Assembly: GCA_013239625.1 (NCBI GenBank)
Contig: MU053520.1
Location: forward strand, 1 to 64,000
From: Lama guanicoe
Taxonomy: Eukaryota
Reading direction: 5' to 3'
DNA: 64,000 bases
In this document: in pieces, positions 39,325 through 54,519 of the stretch
Layout of the letters: every line of letters begins with the position of its first letter
How positions within the stretch are numbered: the first letter of the stretch is position 1
Program-made: the position numbers and the translations under genes
The notes under the pieces: model-generated
Told to the model about the DNA's origin: nothing
The model's input: only the letters and a program-made list of their open reading frames with translations
Databases searched by the model: none

Positions 39325-40615
39325 TTTTTTCATTCCAGCTTTATAAGATATAAGTGGCATGTAATAAGATATGCATTTGATGACTTCATATGTGTATATA
39401 ATGCAAAATATATATCTCAATAAGGTTAGTTAAAACATCCTTCACTGCACATAATTTCCATTTTGTTGTTGTGTTGTTATGGTAAGAACATTAATGCTCA
39501 ATTCTCATAGAAACTTTGAAGAATACAGTACAGTATTGTCAACTATAGTTACTATGCTGTACATCCCCCAAAATTTATTCATGTCACAGCTGAAAGTTTG
39601 TACCCTTTGAACAATCTCTCTCCATATCCCCCACTTTTTAAGCCTCTGATAATCACCATTCTACTTTCTGTTTCTATGAGTTTGGCTTTTCTAGATTCCA
39701 CATTTAAGTGACATTATACAGTATTTGTCTTTCTCTATCTGACTTATTTCACTTGGTATAATGTGCTCAAGATCCACTCATGGTGTCACCAATGGCAGGA
39801 TTCCCTTCTTTGTTCTTGCTGAATCATATCACATTATAACATCTTCCTTGTTAATTCATTCATAGACTGGCATTTAAGTTGTTTCTATGTCTTGGCTATT
39901 GTGAATCATGCTGGGATAAACATGGAGTTCAGGTATCTCTACAAGATGGTCATTTCATTTCCTTTGGGCCCAGAAGTGGGACTTCTGGGTAATACAGTAG
40001 TCCTATTTTTAATTTTTTGAGGAACTCCATACCGTTTTCCATAGAGACTGTGCTAATTTACATTCCCACCAAAAGTGCACAAGGGTTTCCTCTCCTTCAC
40101 ATCCTTGTTGAGGTTTGTCATCTCTAATTTTTCTGATAAACCACATTCTACCAGGTATGAGGTGTTATCTAACTATTGTTTTGATTTGCATTTCCCTGAT
40201 GATTAGTGACTTGAACATCATTTCATATACTTGTTAGCCATTTGTATGTCATCTTTGGACAAAAGTATATTCAGTTACTTTGCCTATTTTTTAATCAAAT
40301 TATCATTTTGCTATCAAGATGTATGATTTCCTTATATATTTTAGGTATTAACACTGTACCTCATATAAGGTTTGCAAATATTTTCTCTCATTCGATAAGT
40401 TGCCTTTTCATTGTTTTGTATCTTTTGTGTGTAGATTTTCTTTTTCATTATTGTATTAGCCCCATTTATTTATTTTTGCTTTTATTGCTTATTGGTGTCA
40501 CAATCCATAAGTCATTGCCAAGACCAATATCAAGGAGACTTCTGTTATGTTTCTTCCCTAGAAGTTTTACAAGTTCAGATTTTATGTTTAATTATTTCAG
40601 GTTAATTTTGTGTTT
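39325..40615 (-). mobile_element. Older L1 (L1MA8/9-like) 3' portion: ORF2 C-terminus + 3'UTR
   Basis: tacattcccaccaaaagtgcacaagggtt, ttttgatttgcatttccctgatgattagtga, and 3'UTR aactatagttactatgctgtacat. Confidence 0.85.
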
Positions 40616-40994
40616 GTGTTGCTTAAGTTTTAAAAGTAGACCCCATGAGATCTCCAAAAGTCAGGCATTTTGGGGGAGCAAAGTTTGTTGATCTTTGTGA
40701 GGAGATGGAGGAAGGCTGGGGTTTCCTACTTTGCCCTGTTGGTGATGTACTGATCATTCCTCTTAATCAGTCTTACTATATTTTTCCCCTGAGGACTGCA
40801 TTAGGATGCTATATACCCACATTCTCAATTAATAATCTATTGACATGTTAGAGAAGCAATAAAATTTCAACTGTAAATTGATGCCAATCACTGGCAGAGA
40901 TCCTCTTACCTATCCTATACTGGCCTCTGAAGGAATGCAGATGAGAAGCATCAATGAATTTACATTTTCTTTAAAATTCCAGTTAACTTAATTG

Positions 40995-40995
<1 letters not shown>

Positions 40996-41030
<35 letters not shown>
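40996..41030. repeat. (TG)17 microsatellite
   Basis: Seen directly. Confidence 0.95.
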
Positions 41031-41032
<2 letters not shown>

Positions 41033-41826
41033 TGAATGGCTTGAATTAGAAAAGGTGGTCATTATAATAATAAATGTTTAATAACACATGTAAAGTTACT
41101 AAACAGTGTCATGGAAGTTTGTAGCTACACTGATTTGCAAGGATATATTTTAAATTAACTGGGATTGATAAATGATTCTTACAGAAATAACTGAGTTGTG
41201 ATAATGAGAACTATTAAATAATGGGAAACTAAATATTGTGAAGGCTGATCATATTTTAACACAGGGACAAAGCATCACCTACATCAGGGCCAGGCTTTAT
41301 ATTGATATGAATATAAACTTTACAACAACCCTGGGAATTTGGTCATGGCACTTTTTTTTATAAGATGAATCTTCTGAAGCATAGATTATTCAATTTTTTT
41401 CAATATCAGTTTCTTTGTAAAAAAAAAAAGTTATACCCTGATTTGAACCTGAAATAATTGGTTCCAAAGTTTTTACTTTTTTTTTCAAGGCTTTCATTTT
41501 GATACTTACATTTTGCCACAGCTGGGAGGGATGACATACAGAGTAATTGTTAAAGTGAAATTCACCACTCTGCTGATTCTAAATCATTGCTGATGCCAGT
41601 ACATTTGTTCTTATCCCTTTCAGTTATTTACAACATAATACAGATATACATCTGTCTATCAAAATTCTTTGTCTGAGATATGCATACTAAATGATATGTA
41701 AGTATGGAATGCTTGTGACTGAGTGGTGTCCTACCCTCAGTTCTCTGCTGCATTATGTTTTTGTTGACTTGTTAGTAATTTTAAGAGCTGATCACTTCTG
41801 CAATTTCTCTCTTGTGTTTTTAAAGC

Positions 41827-41990
41827 AATAATAACCAGAATTTATTGAGTGCTTACTTTATCAGGCACTGTCTTATGTTATTTGTAGGTATTAATTCATT
41901 TAACCATCATACTAATTCTGAGTTCATAACTGGAGGTGAATAAAGAACACTTTCAAAATGCCCTATGCAGAATCTTAATCAAAGCAATTT
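41827..41990 (-). mobile_element. MIR fragment
   Basis: aataataaccagaatttattgagtgcttacttt..aggcactgt...attaattcatttaacc resembles the reverse MIR 3' end. Confidence 0.6.
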
Positions 41991-42349
41991 TGCTCTCTTA
42001 CCTGACCTCTTCCACCATTGTGTATGAAGCAGAATTTAAGAACTAATTGTATTATTGTGAGTCATTGGGGATGGATGATATTTATTCTTTTAATTTAGAT
42101 ATATCAGGTCTGCATTAGCTTGGATGAGGGATACATATTTACTATAATTTTAGGGTTCTGGTTATGGCAAGTTTTTCATTAATTATCAAATAATTCAAGC
42201 ACACACAAAATAATATGACATACAAATTTAACCATCACCAGTAATAGTTATCATTTTCTGTTATTAGTATATATCTAACTTTTTATTTAAAGGGACAGTG
42301 TTTTATAACACCAAACCCCTTTTTCTCCAATCCATTTTCCAGCCTTACC

Positions 42350-43947
42350 ACTTCTGGGACAATATCAAGCATTCACCATATAGGGGTCTTAGAAGGAGAG
42401 GAGAGGGAGAAAGAGGTGAAGAATTTATCTGAAGTGATGATAGCTGAAAAATTTTCAAACATAGGAAAGGAAATAGACACCCAAACCAGGAAGAACAAGG
42501 GATCCCCCCCAAAAAAATCAACCAAAAGAAATCCACATCAAGACATATTATTAAAATGACAAAATGCAAAGATAAAGAAACAAAATAAATTCAAAAACAG
42601 GAAGTAAAAAGCAACCAGTTATATAAAAGGGAAATTACATAAGACCCTCAATTAACTTTTTAGCAGAGACTGTGCTGGTCAGAATGGAGTGGCATAATAC
42701 ATTTAAAGTGAGGAAAGGGAAAAATATATATATAAAACCAAGAATACCCAACCCAGCAAGGCTATCATTCAAATTTGAAAGAGAGATGTAGTTTACAGAA
42801 AGACAAATGCTAACTAAGTTAAGTACCATTGCATCAGCATTATAGGAAATGTTAAGGGACTTTTTTAAGGAGAAGAGGCAAGACCACAAATAGAAATATG
42901 AAAATTCAAATAAAAATAATCCCTCATTGATAAAGATAGATATATAGCAAATGTTGTAGATCAACCATGTATAAAGCTAGTAAAAAGATTAAAAGAAAAA
43001 AAGTATTACAGTCAACTATACCTAAAATAAGAAGTTAAGGGACGGGCTAGTAAAATGTATGGTTTTTAAAATTTGTTCTACCTTAAGATATTATCAACTT
43101 AAAATAATCACTTATCTATACCTATGTAGATAATGCTATATAAACCACATGGCAAACAAAACCAAAAAATCTATAATAAACACACATGCAAAAAAGAGAA
43201 ATGAATTCAAACAAAGCAATAAAGATAATCATGAAATCACAAGGGAATTGAAGAAAACAGGAAGAAAGAAAGAAAAAATAACTACAAAAATAATACAAAA
43301 GCAAATAACAAAACAACAATGAGTACATACAAATGAATAATTACTTTAATGTATATCAAGTAAATGCTCTTAACAATGGATATAAAGTTCTGATTAAATT
43401 AAAAATTATATATAATATATAAACATATAATTAAAAGTATATATTTTATGTATTCTATCATATATTATATATATAAGATATATAATTATATGTTCTAGTA
43501 TATATAGCAGAGTATATATTCTTTCTGAGTGAACATGTATAATTCTTAATGATAGCTCACATGCTGGTCACAGAACAACTTTTAGTAAGTTTAAGAAAAC
43601 TGAAATCATATCAAGCAATTATTCTAAACACACTATAAGACTAGAAATCAACTACAAGGAAATATAACCCTGCTAAACTCACAAATCTGAGGAGACAAAA
43701 CAATATGGTATTCAACAACCAATGTGTCAGTAAAGAAGTCAAACAATAAAGTTAAAAAATATCTGGAGACAAATAAAATTGGAAATACAACAATCAAAAA
43801 TTTACTAGACCCAGCAAAAGCATATCTAAAAACAAAGTTTGTAGCATAAGCCTACTTCAGTGAAAAGGAAAAATCTCAAAGAAACAACATCATCTTTCGA
43901 CTAAAAGAACTAGAAAAAAGAAGCAGCAGCAGAATCCAAGGTAGTAG
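42350..43947 (+). mobile_element. Old L1 fragment: ORF1 3' half, spacer, partial ORF2 endonuclease with AT-rich interruption at ~43385-43505
   Basis: ctgggacaatatcaagc, ccacatcaagacatattattaaaatg, cccagcaaggctatcattc, gaaatcatatcaagc; much more diverged than elements B-E. Confidence 0.8.
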
Positions 43948-46900
43948 ATGTGTTTGAGCTTATATAACTATCAGTCTAAATCACCAGATATAGAAAAGGG
44001 TTAGCATACTTGAAATACAGAGTAACCACAAATGAAAATCATACAATAGAGTAAAAAACAAAAACAAACAAACAAACAAGCCAAGCTAATACAAAAGAAA
44101 TTATGAAACCACAAAAAGGAAAAAGAAAAAGAAAGGAACAAAAAGGAAATACCAAATCAACTGGAAAATTAAGTTCAAAATGACAGTTAACACAGATCTA
44201 TCAATAGTGACCAGTAATGTCAATGGACTAAATGCTCCAATCATAAGACACAGAGTGGCAGACTGGATAATAAAACAAGAACTTACAATATGCTGTATAT
44301 AAGAGACACTTTATGGAGAAGGACACACATAGATTGAAAGTGAGAGGATGGAAAAAGATATTCCATGCAAATGGAAATGATGAGAAAACAGAAGACTGAG
44401 TACTAATTTCAGAAAAAAAATAGATCTTAAAACAAAGGCCATAAAGAAAGATAAAGAAGACCACTATATAATGATTAAAGGAGCAATACAAGATGAGGAT
44501 ATTATAATCATTAACATGTATGCACCCAATATAGGAGAACTTAAATAGATAAACCAAATACTAATAGATATAAAGGAAGAAATTGATGGGTGCACAATCA
44601 TAGTAGGAGACTTTAACACCCCATTGACATCATTAGACAGATCTTCCAGACAAATAATTAATAAAGAAACAGACTTTAAATGATACAATAGAACAATTGA
44701 TTTCATTGATATTTTCAGAACATTACATTCCCCACAAATAGAATATATACTCTTTTCAAGTGCACATGAAACATTTTCTAGGATACATCATGTACTGGAG
44801 CACAAAAGAAGCCTCAAAAAATTGAAGAGGATAGAAATTATTTCAAGCATCTTTTCTGACTACAATGCTATGAAACCAAAAATCAACTACAGATAAACAA
44901 AGTAGAAAACATTGAAAGCATGGAGATTAAACAACATGCTACTAAAAAACAAATAGGTCAATGATAAAATGAAAGTAATTAAAAAATACTTTAAGACAAA
45001 TGACAAAGAAAACACAACCATGAAGAAGAGAAAAGAGAAAACACAAATAAACATAATAAGAAAGAAAAATGGAGAAATTACAACCAATACCACAGAAATA
45101 CAAAATACCATAAGAGAATACTATGAACAACTATATGGGAAAAAAAAATTGGATAACCTAGAAGAAATGGACAAGTTTCTGGAAATATGCCGTCCACCAA
45201 GACTAAATCAACAGGAATTTGGCCACTTGAGCAAACTGATCCCTAGAAATGAAATGAAATTTGAAATAAAAAAGCCCATGCAAACAGAAGCCCAGGACCA
45301 GATGGTTTCACTGGGGAATTCTATCAAACATAGAAAGAACTCATACCAATTCTTCTCAAATTGTTCCAATAGATTGAAAAGGAGGGAGTACCCCCAAACT
45401 CATTCTATGAAGCCACCATCACCCTAATACCAAAACCAGACAAATACTCTACCAAAAAGAAAATAATATCACTGATGAACATAAATGCAAAAATATTTAA
45501 CAAAATATTAACAAACAGAATCCAGCAGCACATAAAAAAAGATTATACACCATGATCAAGATGGGCTCATCCAAGGAACACAAGGATGGTTCAACATATG
45601 CAAATCAATCAATGTGAAACACAACATCAACAAGAGAAAGGACAAAAATCACATGATCATCTCAATAGATGCAGAAAAAGCATTTGATAAAATTCAACAC
45701 CCATTAATGATAAAAACTCTTTCCAAAGTGGGTATAGAGGGGACATATATCAACATAATAAAAGCTATTTACAACCAACCTACAGCCAATATAGTACTCA
45801 ATGGTGAAAAATTGAAAATCTTCCCATTAAAATCTGCAATAAGACAAGAATGCCCACTCTCACCACTTCATTTTAAAATAGCCTTGTAAGTCTGAGCCAC
45901 AGCAATCAGGCAAGAGAGAGAAATAAAAGGGATCCAAATGGGAAAAGAAGAGGTAAAATTGTCACTGTATGCAGATAATATGATACTATATATAGAAAAC
46001 CCTAAAAGCTCTGCACAAAAACTACTAAAACTAATAATAGAATGCAGCAAGGTAGCAGAATATGAGATTAATGTACAAAAATCAGTTGCATTTCTTTACA
46101 CTAATGATAAATCAAGAGGAAATGAAAGTAAAGAAACAAAACACATTTAAAATTGCACCCAAAGTAATAAAATAATTAGGAATAAATCTGACCAAGGAAG
46201 TGAAAGGCTTATACATTGAGAAATACAAACATTGATTAAGGAAATTAAAGAAGACTTAACAAAATAGAAAGATACTTCATGCTCTTACATTGGAAGAATC
46301 AATACTGTTAAAGTGGCCATAATGTCCAAGGCAATCTGTAGATTTAAAGCAATCCCTATCAAATTACCGAGGACATATTTCACAGAACTATATCAAATAA
46401 TATGAAAATTTATCTGAAATCACAATAGGCTCAGAATTGCAAAAGCATTCCTGAAGGAAAAGAATAAAGCTGGAGAAATAACCTTCTCAAACTTCAGCCA
46501 ATACTAAAGAGCTACAGTAATCAAAACAGCTTGGTATTGGTATAAAAACAGACATATGGAACAATGTAACAGAATAGAGAGCCCAGAAATGGACCCACAA
46601 AATTTTGATCAATTAACCTTTGACAAAGGGGTCAAGAACATATAATGGAGTAAAGATAGTCTTTTCAGTAAATGGTTTGGGAAAACTGGACAGCTGCATG
46701 TAAATTAATGAAGTTAGAACACTCCCTCACACAATACACAAAAATAAACTCAAATTGGCTTAAAGACTTAAACATAAGACAATTCATAATAAATATTCTA
46801 GAAGAAAACATAGGCAAAACATTACTCACATACAGCTCAGCAATGGTCTCCTCATGCAGTTTTCCCAAGCAATAGGAATAAAAGCAAAAATAAATGGGAC

Positions 46901-48010
46901 CTAATAAAACTTACAAGTTTTGCACAGCAAAGGAAACCATAAGCAGAACATAACAACAACATATGGAATAGGAGAAAATATTTGCAAAAGATGAGACTGA
47001 CAAGGGCTTGATTTCCAAAATATATAAAGAGCACATACAACTTAATAAGAAAACAAAACAAAACAAACAGAAACACAAATAACCTAATCCAAAAATAGGC
47101 AGACCTAAACAAGCAATTCTCCAATGAAGACATACAAATGGCCAATAGGCACATGAAAAAAGTGCTCAATATCACTAATTATAAGAGAAATGAAAATCAA
47201 AACTACAATGAGGTATCACATCACACCAGTCAGAATGGCCACCATTCATCAAAATTCCTGATAAATGCTGGAGAGGCTGTGGAGAAAAGGGAACCCTCCT
47301 ACACTGTTGGTGGGACCATTATGGACAACAGTATGGAGATTCCTCAAAAAACTAAAAATAGACTTATTATATGACAATCCCACTCCTGGACATATATCCA
47401 GAAGGAACCCTTAAATGAAAAAGACACCTACACCCCAATGCTCATAGCAGCACTATATACAATAGCCAAGACATGGAAGCAGCCTAAATGTCCACCAACA
47501 GATGACTAGATAAAGAAGAAGTGGTGTATTTATACATTGGAATACTACCCAGCCATAAAAGTAATAAAATAATGCCATATGCAGCAACATGGATGGCCCT
47601 GGAGAATGTCATTCTAAGTGAAGTAAGCCAGAAAGGGAAAGAAAAATACCATATGATATCATTCTTATGTGGAATAAAAAAAAAAGAGAGAGACAAGTGA
47701 ACTTATATACAAAATAGAAACAGACTCACAGACATATACAACAAACTTATGGTTACCAGGGGAGAAGAGAGTGGGAATGGATAAATTGGGAGTTCGAGAT
47801 TTGCAGCTACTGACTGGTATATATAAAATAGATAAATGTTTATAATATATATCACAGACAACTATATTTGATATCTTGTAGTAACTTACAGTGAAAAAGA
47901 ATATGAAAATAAATATATGTGTATTCATGTATGACTGAAGAAATGTGCTGTGCACCAGAAATTCACACAATATTGTAAACTGATTTTACTTCACTAATAA
48001 AAAAAGAAAA
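43948..48010 (+). mobile_element. L1 'F': 5'-truncated at the inter-ORF spacer; ORF2 (ATG 44180) decayed with ~280 bp internal deletion at 45020; 3'UTR and A-tail
   Basis: [23 protein letters not shown], aataaa at ~47996; colinear with C apart from the deletion. Confidence 0.92.
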
Positions 48011-49329
48011 GAAATTGGAGAGGACATGACAACTGTGAGTTAACCTCTAAGCGTTTAATAAATGAAGGGAAGAGGTGGTGGTAAGCAGGTATGCAGATGA
48101 TTGTTATGAAGAGAATAAGTTACTTAAAGGAGCACAGATTTTTGTGAAGCTGAAAGCACTTAACTATCTGGAAGCATCAGTAAGAAACTTGAAGGACCCT
48201 GACTTTACTTTTAGGCCTATAAATAAATGGAGTGTAAGGGAAAAATTCCAACTTAACTCTGTGGAAGGAAATGATGTCTTCAGAATTCTCTGTGTTTAAC
48301 TTATGTGAAAAAGATAGAGGGAGTCTTTGAAGAAGATGAAGAGGATAAAAAGAAGTTATTGATTATTGGTTACAAAGATCTCAGTGGAAGAGTTTGGGAG
48401 AAAAGGGGTTTGGTTAATTCACATAAGTGAATATAAGAACTAGTCAAAGAATTAGAATTGGGAGGATTTAGGATATAATAGATGACAAGAGAGGCTTGTA
48501 CTGTTGGCAATAATTCTAGTTGACAGAGATATAAGACTTGATGGACAGCTTAGAACATGTTATAACAATCAAGGTAACCTAAATTTCATATTATTTTGAA
48601 TTTCTTCCAGCTGATACTCTAAGCTCTTTTTTTTTAGCAAGAAAATTTCTGTGATTTATTTTATAAAGGATCACTTCATTTTCCATGTGCTTGAGACAAT
48701 TACCAAGACAATAATATGCAATAGGTTAATATTATTTCAAAACTCAGGTAGCTAGTATACTTATTCAAACATAAAAAGTTGAATGATTTTTTCCAAGTTG
48801 AAAAATACTCCAAATTCAATATGATACAAAGTTCAATTTAAGATACTAAACAGATTGTAAAGCTATCATCTTTGATAAGTTTATATTTTCATCATCATTA
48901 AAAATACTGAAGCCAAAGTATTAAGAATTTGATTAATTATAAAGATGATGCATAAATTTGAAATCTGTATATTATTTAGTATTACTTACAGAATGATGAA
49001 GGAGTTGAGCACTACATATATCAAATATTAAGAAGAACAGAGGTTTGAAATGATTCATTTTCAGTAAAACCAACCAGTCAAATGAGTTTATTCTCTGGGA
49101 TATTATAATTTACTTGTCCCATTGTGCTTCTCAATAGAGTTCTTTTATTTTCTTTCCTTTAATCCTTCATTTTACTCTCAATTTCCCAAATTGATTCCCT
49201 TCTTGACTATGTATTTGCACTTCAGCAGAAGACCATTTCAGAAAAATTTCAGTTTTATCTTCTAGCCAAATTTATCAGTTGCAGTGAGAGTTAGCAAAGA
49301 CTGAAGTCTGGCTACAGTTAGCCCTTCGG

Positions 49330-49580
49330 TGCAGTATGGTTGATTTTATTGGGGATGAATTTTGATTCAGATGGACCTGGGTTTACATATCATATCTGTC
49401 ATTTACCAACTGTGTGATGTTGGCAAATTATTTGAATTCTCAAAACCTCAACTACTGAGCTTCCTTGTTGGTAAATAAGATCATGATACTGATTACTAAG
49501 TGTTATTGGATTCAAATGAGACCTCACGTGTTAAACACCTTTCACAATGCCAATGTATGTTCAAAGAATAGCTATTGCCT
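49330..49580 (+). mobile_element. MIR SINE
   Basis: gacctgggtttacat...tctgtcatttaccaactgtgtgatgttggcaaattattt...gattcaaatgaga resembles near full-length MIR. Confidence 0.65.
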
Positions 49581-51334
49581 AACCACTCACAGCATCCTTT
49601 CTCTTGTGTAGAGAACACCATTTATAAACAACAGCTGTATTACAGTGAACAGGAAACAAGAAGGAATTCCTTTAAAATGCAGGCTTATTTTTATTTGCAC
49701 TCTGAAAATATTCAGGAATGTAAAACTCTGGAATGGTAACACAGTAGAAAGACAAATTATAAAACTGGGTTTGTTCATTAAAACCATTTGAAGAAAAAAG
49801 AAGCATTTAAAGAAGCAGTGAGAAGTCAGTCCTTGTGGAAGCATAACTAAGGTGGCTTTTGATCATTACTGGAGAGATAGCAGTATCTCTCAGGCACCAT
49901 CATAGTGCAAATAAGATTAAAAACTGGTAGGAGTGGGGAAACAAGCTATTGGAGACAGCTGTACTTACACGTTGTTTAATGGATGGATAATTGACTAACT
50001 GATGGACTAAATGACTATTATGTGCCTAAGGGCCTAAAATATTCAAGGCACTGACTACATATATTGCCACATCCTCTTATGCCTTGGATTTCCCCACTAA
50101 AATCCAATGAGCCAAGCTTAGAAAGAACTTTTATGTTTCCTAAATCACAAAATTAGAAATAAATAGAACTGAAATTCAACTATGTTCTCTGACTTTCAAT
50201 CTAAATGACTTCTCTTTGTACCAAGATAGCAAAGGAAAAGTGATGAGTTCAGACATAATAAGATGCTAGTTTAAAATAGGATTTTTTAGAGGTTAAAAAC
50301 AACAACAAAAACAAGTAATCATAAAAAGTGAGTAAACTAAATTGGATTAATCAAAAAGCAAAAATTAGACATAAAGCACCAATTTGAGACTTCCATGATG
50401 AAATATTTATTTTTCTCATGCTCAATGACATTTTCTCTTCTATGTCTCTGTAAGCATATTTATCGTAATTTTATCAGTATTTACACTTGCTTTAATCAAG
50501 CTATATTTTGTTAGAAAAGAACATGTTTGTTTGAACTGGGGTTTTACATTTCTATCCTATTTATTGATCCATATCTATGAATATTAGAATGTTCTAAAAT
50601 ATGTCCATAGTACCTATGGTTGCCAGATTCCCTCTGGGGGAAAAGCAAGCAAAAAGTTCTTGGTCAAATAGATTTGGAAATCACTGTTTATTATCTTTCT
50701 CACTTTACTATAGATTTAAAAGGCATAGCAGCATAGCAATAACTGAAAAATCCTGCATTAATATAAGATGTTTAACTCTATATTACTCAAATAATTTTGA
50801 TTATAGAATCCCTCAGATTTTTCCTTTTTTAACTGTAATGATTATAACATTACAACTAATGTCCCATAGGAAAAAAAATTCAGAAATGCAAGATCAACAA
50901 ACTAATCATATGATATTCATTATTCTGATCTATTTATAATTATAATATATTATAATTCATATTTATATATGACATAATTGTATATCATTTTATAATCAGA
51001 ATATATGATTATAATTATTGTTACACAAAGGGACACATGACAACTCTAAGTGTTTTAGGATCTATCATACCATTTAAACAGAAAAGTTTGAAGCGTAGCA
51101 GACTGCAAATTGATGTGTGATTCAAGAGCCTAGATCTGACAGTCACCAGAAGTGTAAAGCTAGTTACTTCCACAAGCACCAGGAAACATTTATCATACTA
51201 CTTAAATTGCTTTGAGAAGAAATAAAGGACATAGCCTTTGTGAGTTCAGCAGTGTTATCATAGCATCTGTTCCCTTTCCCCATTTTCTTTCCCCTAAGAA
51301 TCAAGCATGTTCATATTCTCTCGTTCAGTAAGCA

Positions 51335-51960
51335 TTCATTCAATTTCTATTATTTGGAAGGCTTTATGTTAACCACTGGAGACACTAACACAACAACATC
51401 CATTCCCCATTTTTCTAAAACCTACAATCTAGTAGAAAAGAGACAAGGCTGCCGAGATTTTCAATATAACATGATAAAAGCTATGTTAGGGACCTTAAAG
51501 GATTATTGGTGAAGGCCACCTATTTTATCCTCCTTAAGCCAGAGCTAGTTTTCAAATGGTGTATGTTGAGTGGCAAACAACAATTTACATTCACCAAACA
51601 GATGAAAGAAAATAGAAGTTTCCAGACATAGAACAATGCATGAAAAATAAGAGACATGAAAAAGTACAGTACATTTAGGAAAAATCTTGGTCCAACTGAC
51701 CAAGACAAAGAATATGTGTTTGTGCATAGGTGGTTTGTATGGCTGGTAGGTTGGGAAGGATCGACCAATGTGGCTAAAGAGTTGGGTATGATCAGATTAA
51801 CATAAGAAGCTGGAACTTCTTGCTAAAGACTTCAGGAAAACACAAAAATGTTAAGCAATGATCACATAGCAGCAATGTAGGGAAAAGACAAGTGAAAGAA
51901 AAGGCTCAAGATCCTTACAGACATCTTAATAAGAAGAAATGAAGAATCCCAACAAGGTAG
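51335..51960 (-). mobile_element. L2 LINE 3' fragment
   Basis: cattcattcaa...tattt...ctacaatctagtag...agagctagttttcaaatgg resembles the reverse L2 3' end. Confidence 0.45.
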
Positions 51961-51984
51961 TGATTACATATTTATCAATAGAAA

Positions 51985-52548
51985 TAAGCATTGGGCAAGA
52001 GAAGAGGAAGGGAATGGAGCAACCCAGAAAATAACAGTATGCTTGCACTCAGGATAAGGGGCTCCAAAAACTTTCTTTCTCTAAATAAAAGCCAGCAAAG
52101 AAGCTGGCTAGAATCAAAAGCTGCAGCTGCACAGCAAAGATAACGACCTGACTTAACTTGACCCAATGCTCATTATAATGTAATTGACATTACAGTTTGA
52201 GTCCACTCCCACAGGTATCTTTGTGTGCATCAGGGGTAAAAAACATGCAGAAAAGAGATGGACATGCCTGAGCACAAGGAAAGAGAGCTGCCAATTAGCC
52301 TGAGAGCTTAAAGTGCATAAGTGGTCATTAATCAATCATGAATATGTCCCCTAATCCAGGATATAAGAACAAGAAAAACAAAGGATGACAACATGTTTCC
52401 TCTCTTGGATTGGCCTGCTCCCAATTCTCAGGAGTGTGCTATATTTTACTAGCTTTTTACTTCACTAATAAAATATTTTGCTTATATCATGCTCTCTGTC
52501 TCCTGTTAGAAATTCTTTTTTGTCAGATGACTAAGAACCAAAGTAACA
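51985..52548 (+). mobile_element. ERV solo-LTR-like sequence
   Basis: ccaat boxes, tataag at ~52361, caggagtgtgc...aataaa (~52467), then U5-like gaaattctttt...ctaagaacc ending in aca. Boundaries approximate. Confidence 0.5.
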
Positions 52549-52562
52549 CTTATTCCCTCCTC

Positions 52563-52570
<8 letters not shown>

Positions 52571-52600
<30 letters not shown>

Positions 52601-52700
52601 ACACACGTACACATATGTATACACACATACATAGAGAGAGAAAAAGAGAGAGACAGAGAGTCAAAGGCAAGGAGCCAGAGAGACAAAGACAGAGAGAAGA
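52571..52700. repeat. Compound (TA)13/(CA)/(GA)-rich simple repeat
   Basis: Seen directly. Confidence 0.9.
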
Positions 52701-54519
52701 CATGATAGTTAATTAAATTGCTTAAAATTTCACCTTCCACTAATGCAGCCAACTATTGTGAATGTGTAATTCATTCTACCTAGCGTACTTGGATTTTAAT
52801 GGAGAATACTGGGGTATAATTATTTACAAAAATAATTGTGGAAATTGTAAGTTTGTACTTAGTCAAATAATATATTTAGGTACAAACTGTATCTTATTGT
52901 TGTATCAAGCACATCCCATAGACAATTATTTATTTTACTTTTCTGAGAGCTGACCCAAATTTGTGCATGTGTTAATAGATAATTATAGACAATCAATTAG
53001 AAATTGGCTAAATTATGATATATGCTTAGATTAAAAGATGTATATCTGATGTTAACTCCATTTCAAAACTACCATGGATTTTTAAATTCTTTTAGAGTCT
53101 TTGACAACAATTAAAAACAATTTTAGCAAACTAACATTTATAGGGCTTTTATTATATACCAGTTACTATTATAAATCATGCTTGCATGTTTTAGTAGCTG
53201 CTACTAATTATGAAGTGATACATTTGGTGGAGGAGGGATAATCTAGCCCTCCTTACTAAAGAAATATTCAGATCAAGATTTTGGGACCAAAAAAGAAATC
53301 CCTGATTCCCTACATAGGAGAAAAGTCTGTTGCATAGATAACAGAAATGTCTGTTGTAACTAATTTATTTCTGTCTTGGAACATTTGAATATTTTCTTTT
53401 AATTTATCCTTCACCTCTTTCTATTTGAGGTCTATGATTAATGTGTTTTCAAGGTATTAATACTGGGTATTGGTGATAGACCTATGATGTATGGGTATCT
53501 TTGGTAGTTGGTGGCACCAAAATCTTTCAGTGGGTATTCAGAGACTACTGCACTGTAACTATATACCACAAGGGGAAATAATTCTTAAGACAATAAAATT
53601 CAAATGTGATGTCCAAGGACATGTGTCCAAGGACACATGACTTTTATTCATGAGAAGTTTCATTTAGAGTCTTATTTTCCTACTTCTAATAAAGTTGCCA
53701 CTGCTTCTTATGGGACATGATTATTATGCTGACATAAAGGAAAATTGATTGTGGAAAATAATATTATAGAGAAATGTCATAAGCATATTTTAACCTTTGA
53801 ACAAATTCAATTTATTTAGCTGATCTTGAAACTATTAATTATTCCCACTCTAAATTGTTTATGTTGATAACTATATCAAGGCCAGGGGACTTTATTGACA
53901 GAGAAATGTGTCTGAGTCACAACATAAAATTACAAAATTTGACATTAAAACTCTCTTTTTCTTTATCATTTATATTAATATGTAAATTGGTTATAGATGA
54001 TTATTTCAAGGGGAAATTCTGAAAACAATGGCCTGGAGTAGGACTACTTAGAAGAGTTTGCTTATAACCACTAATGTTTAAAGAGAATTCAGGGCATTTC
54101 ATCACACTAGGATATTTTAGAGATGGAAGGAAGCACTGCTTTTGCTCTCCAAGAGTCTGTAATCTATTATTTAGAAATTTTTCCAAAATTTTGGTGAAAA
54201 CAAAGCCACAGGGAAGGGGATACATACTAAAAACTCCATTCAAATAATCACAGATTCTTTTTTGCTATTCTCTTAAGTATATTTACCTGATTTCTTTTTA
54301 CTGATATTATTTCTAAACCTAGTAAAAGAATTGGACAGTTCAAATAGTGACTTATCATTTTAAAGACATATGTATGAAATTTTTCAAAGGGAATATGATA
54401 ATAATTTCAGGTGCCTAATGACATATTTCAAATTATTTTTCTCATTTTTACTTTTTCTATAAATGATTTTTAGATATAGAGTAAAATCTTACAGCTTCTT
54501 AAAGTAATTTGGCTGAAGT

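Noticed and set aside
53611..53640. Direct repeat gtccaaggaca x2
   Set aside because: Short local duplication with no associated structure.
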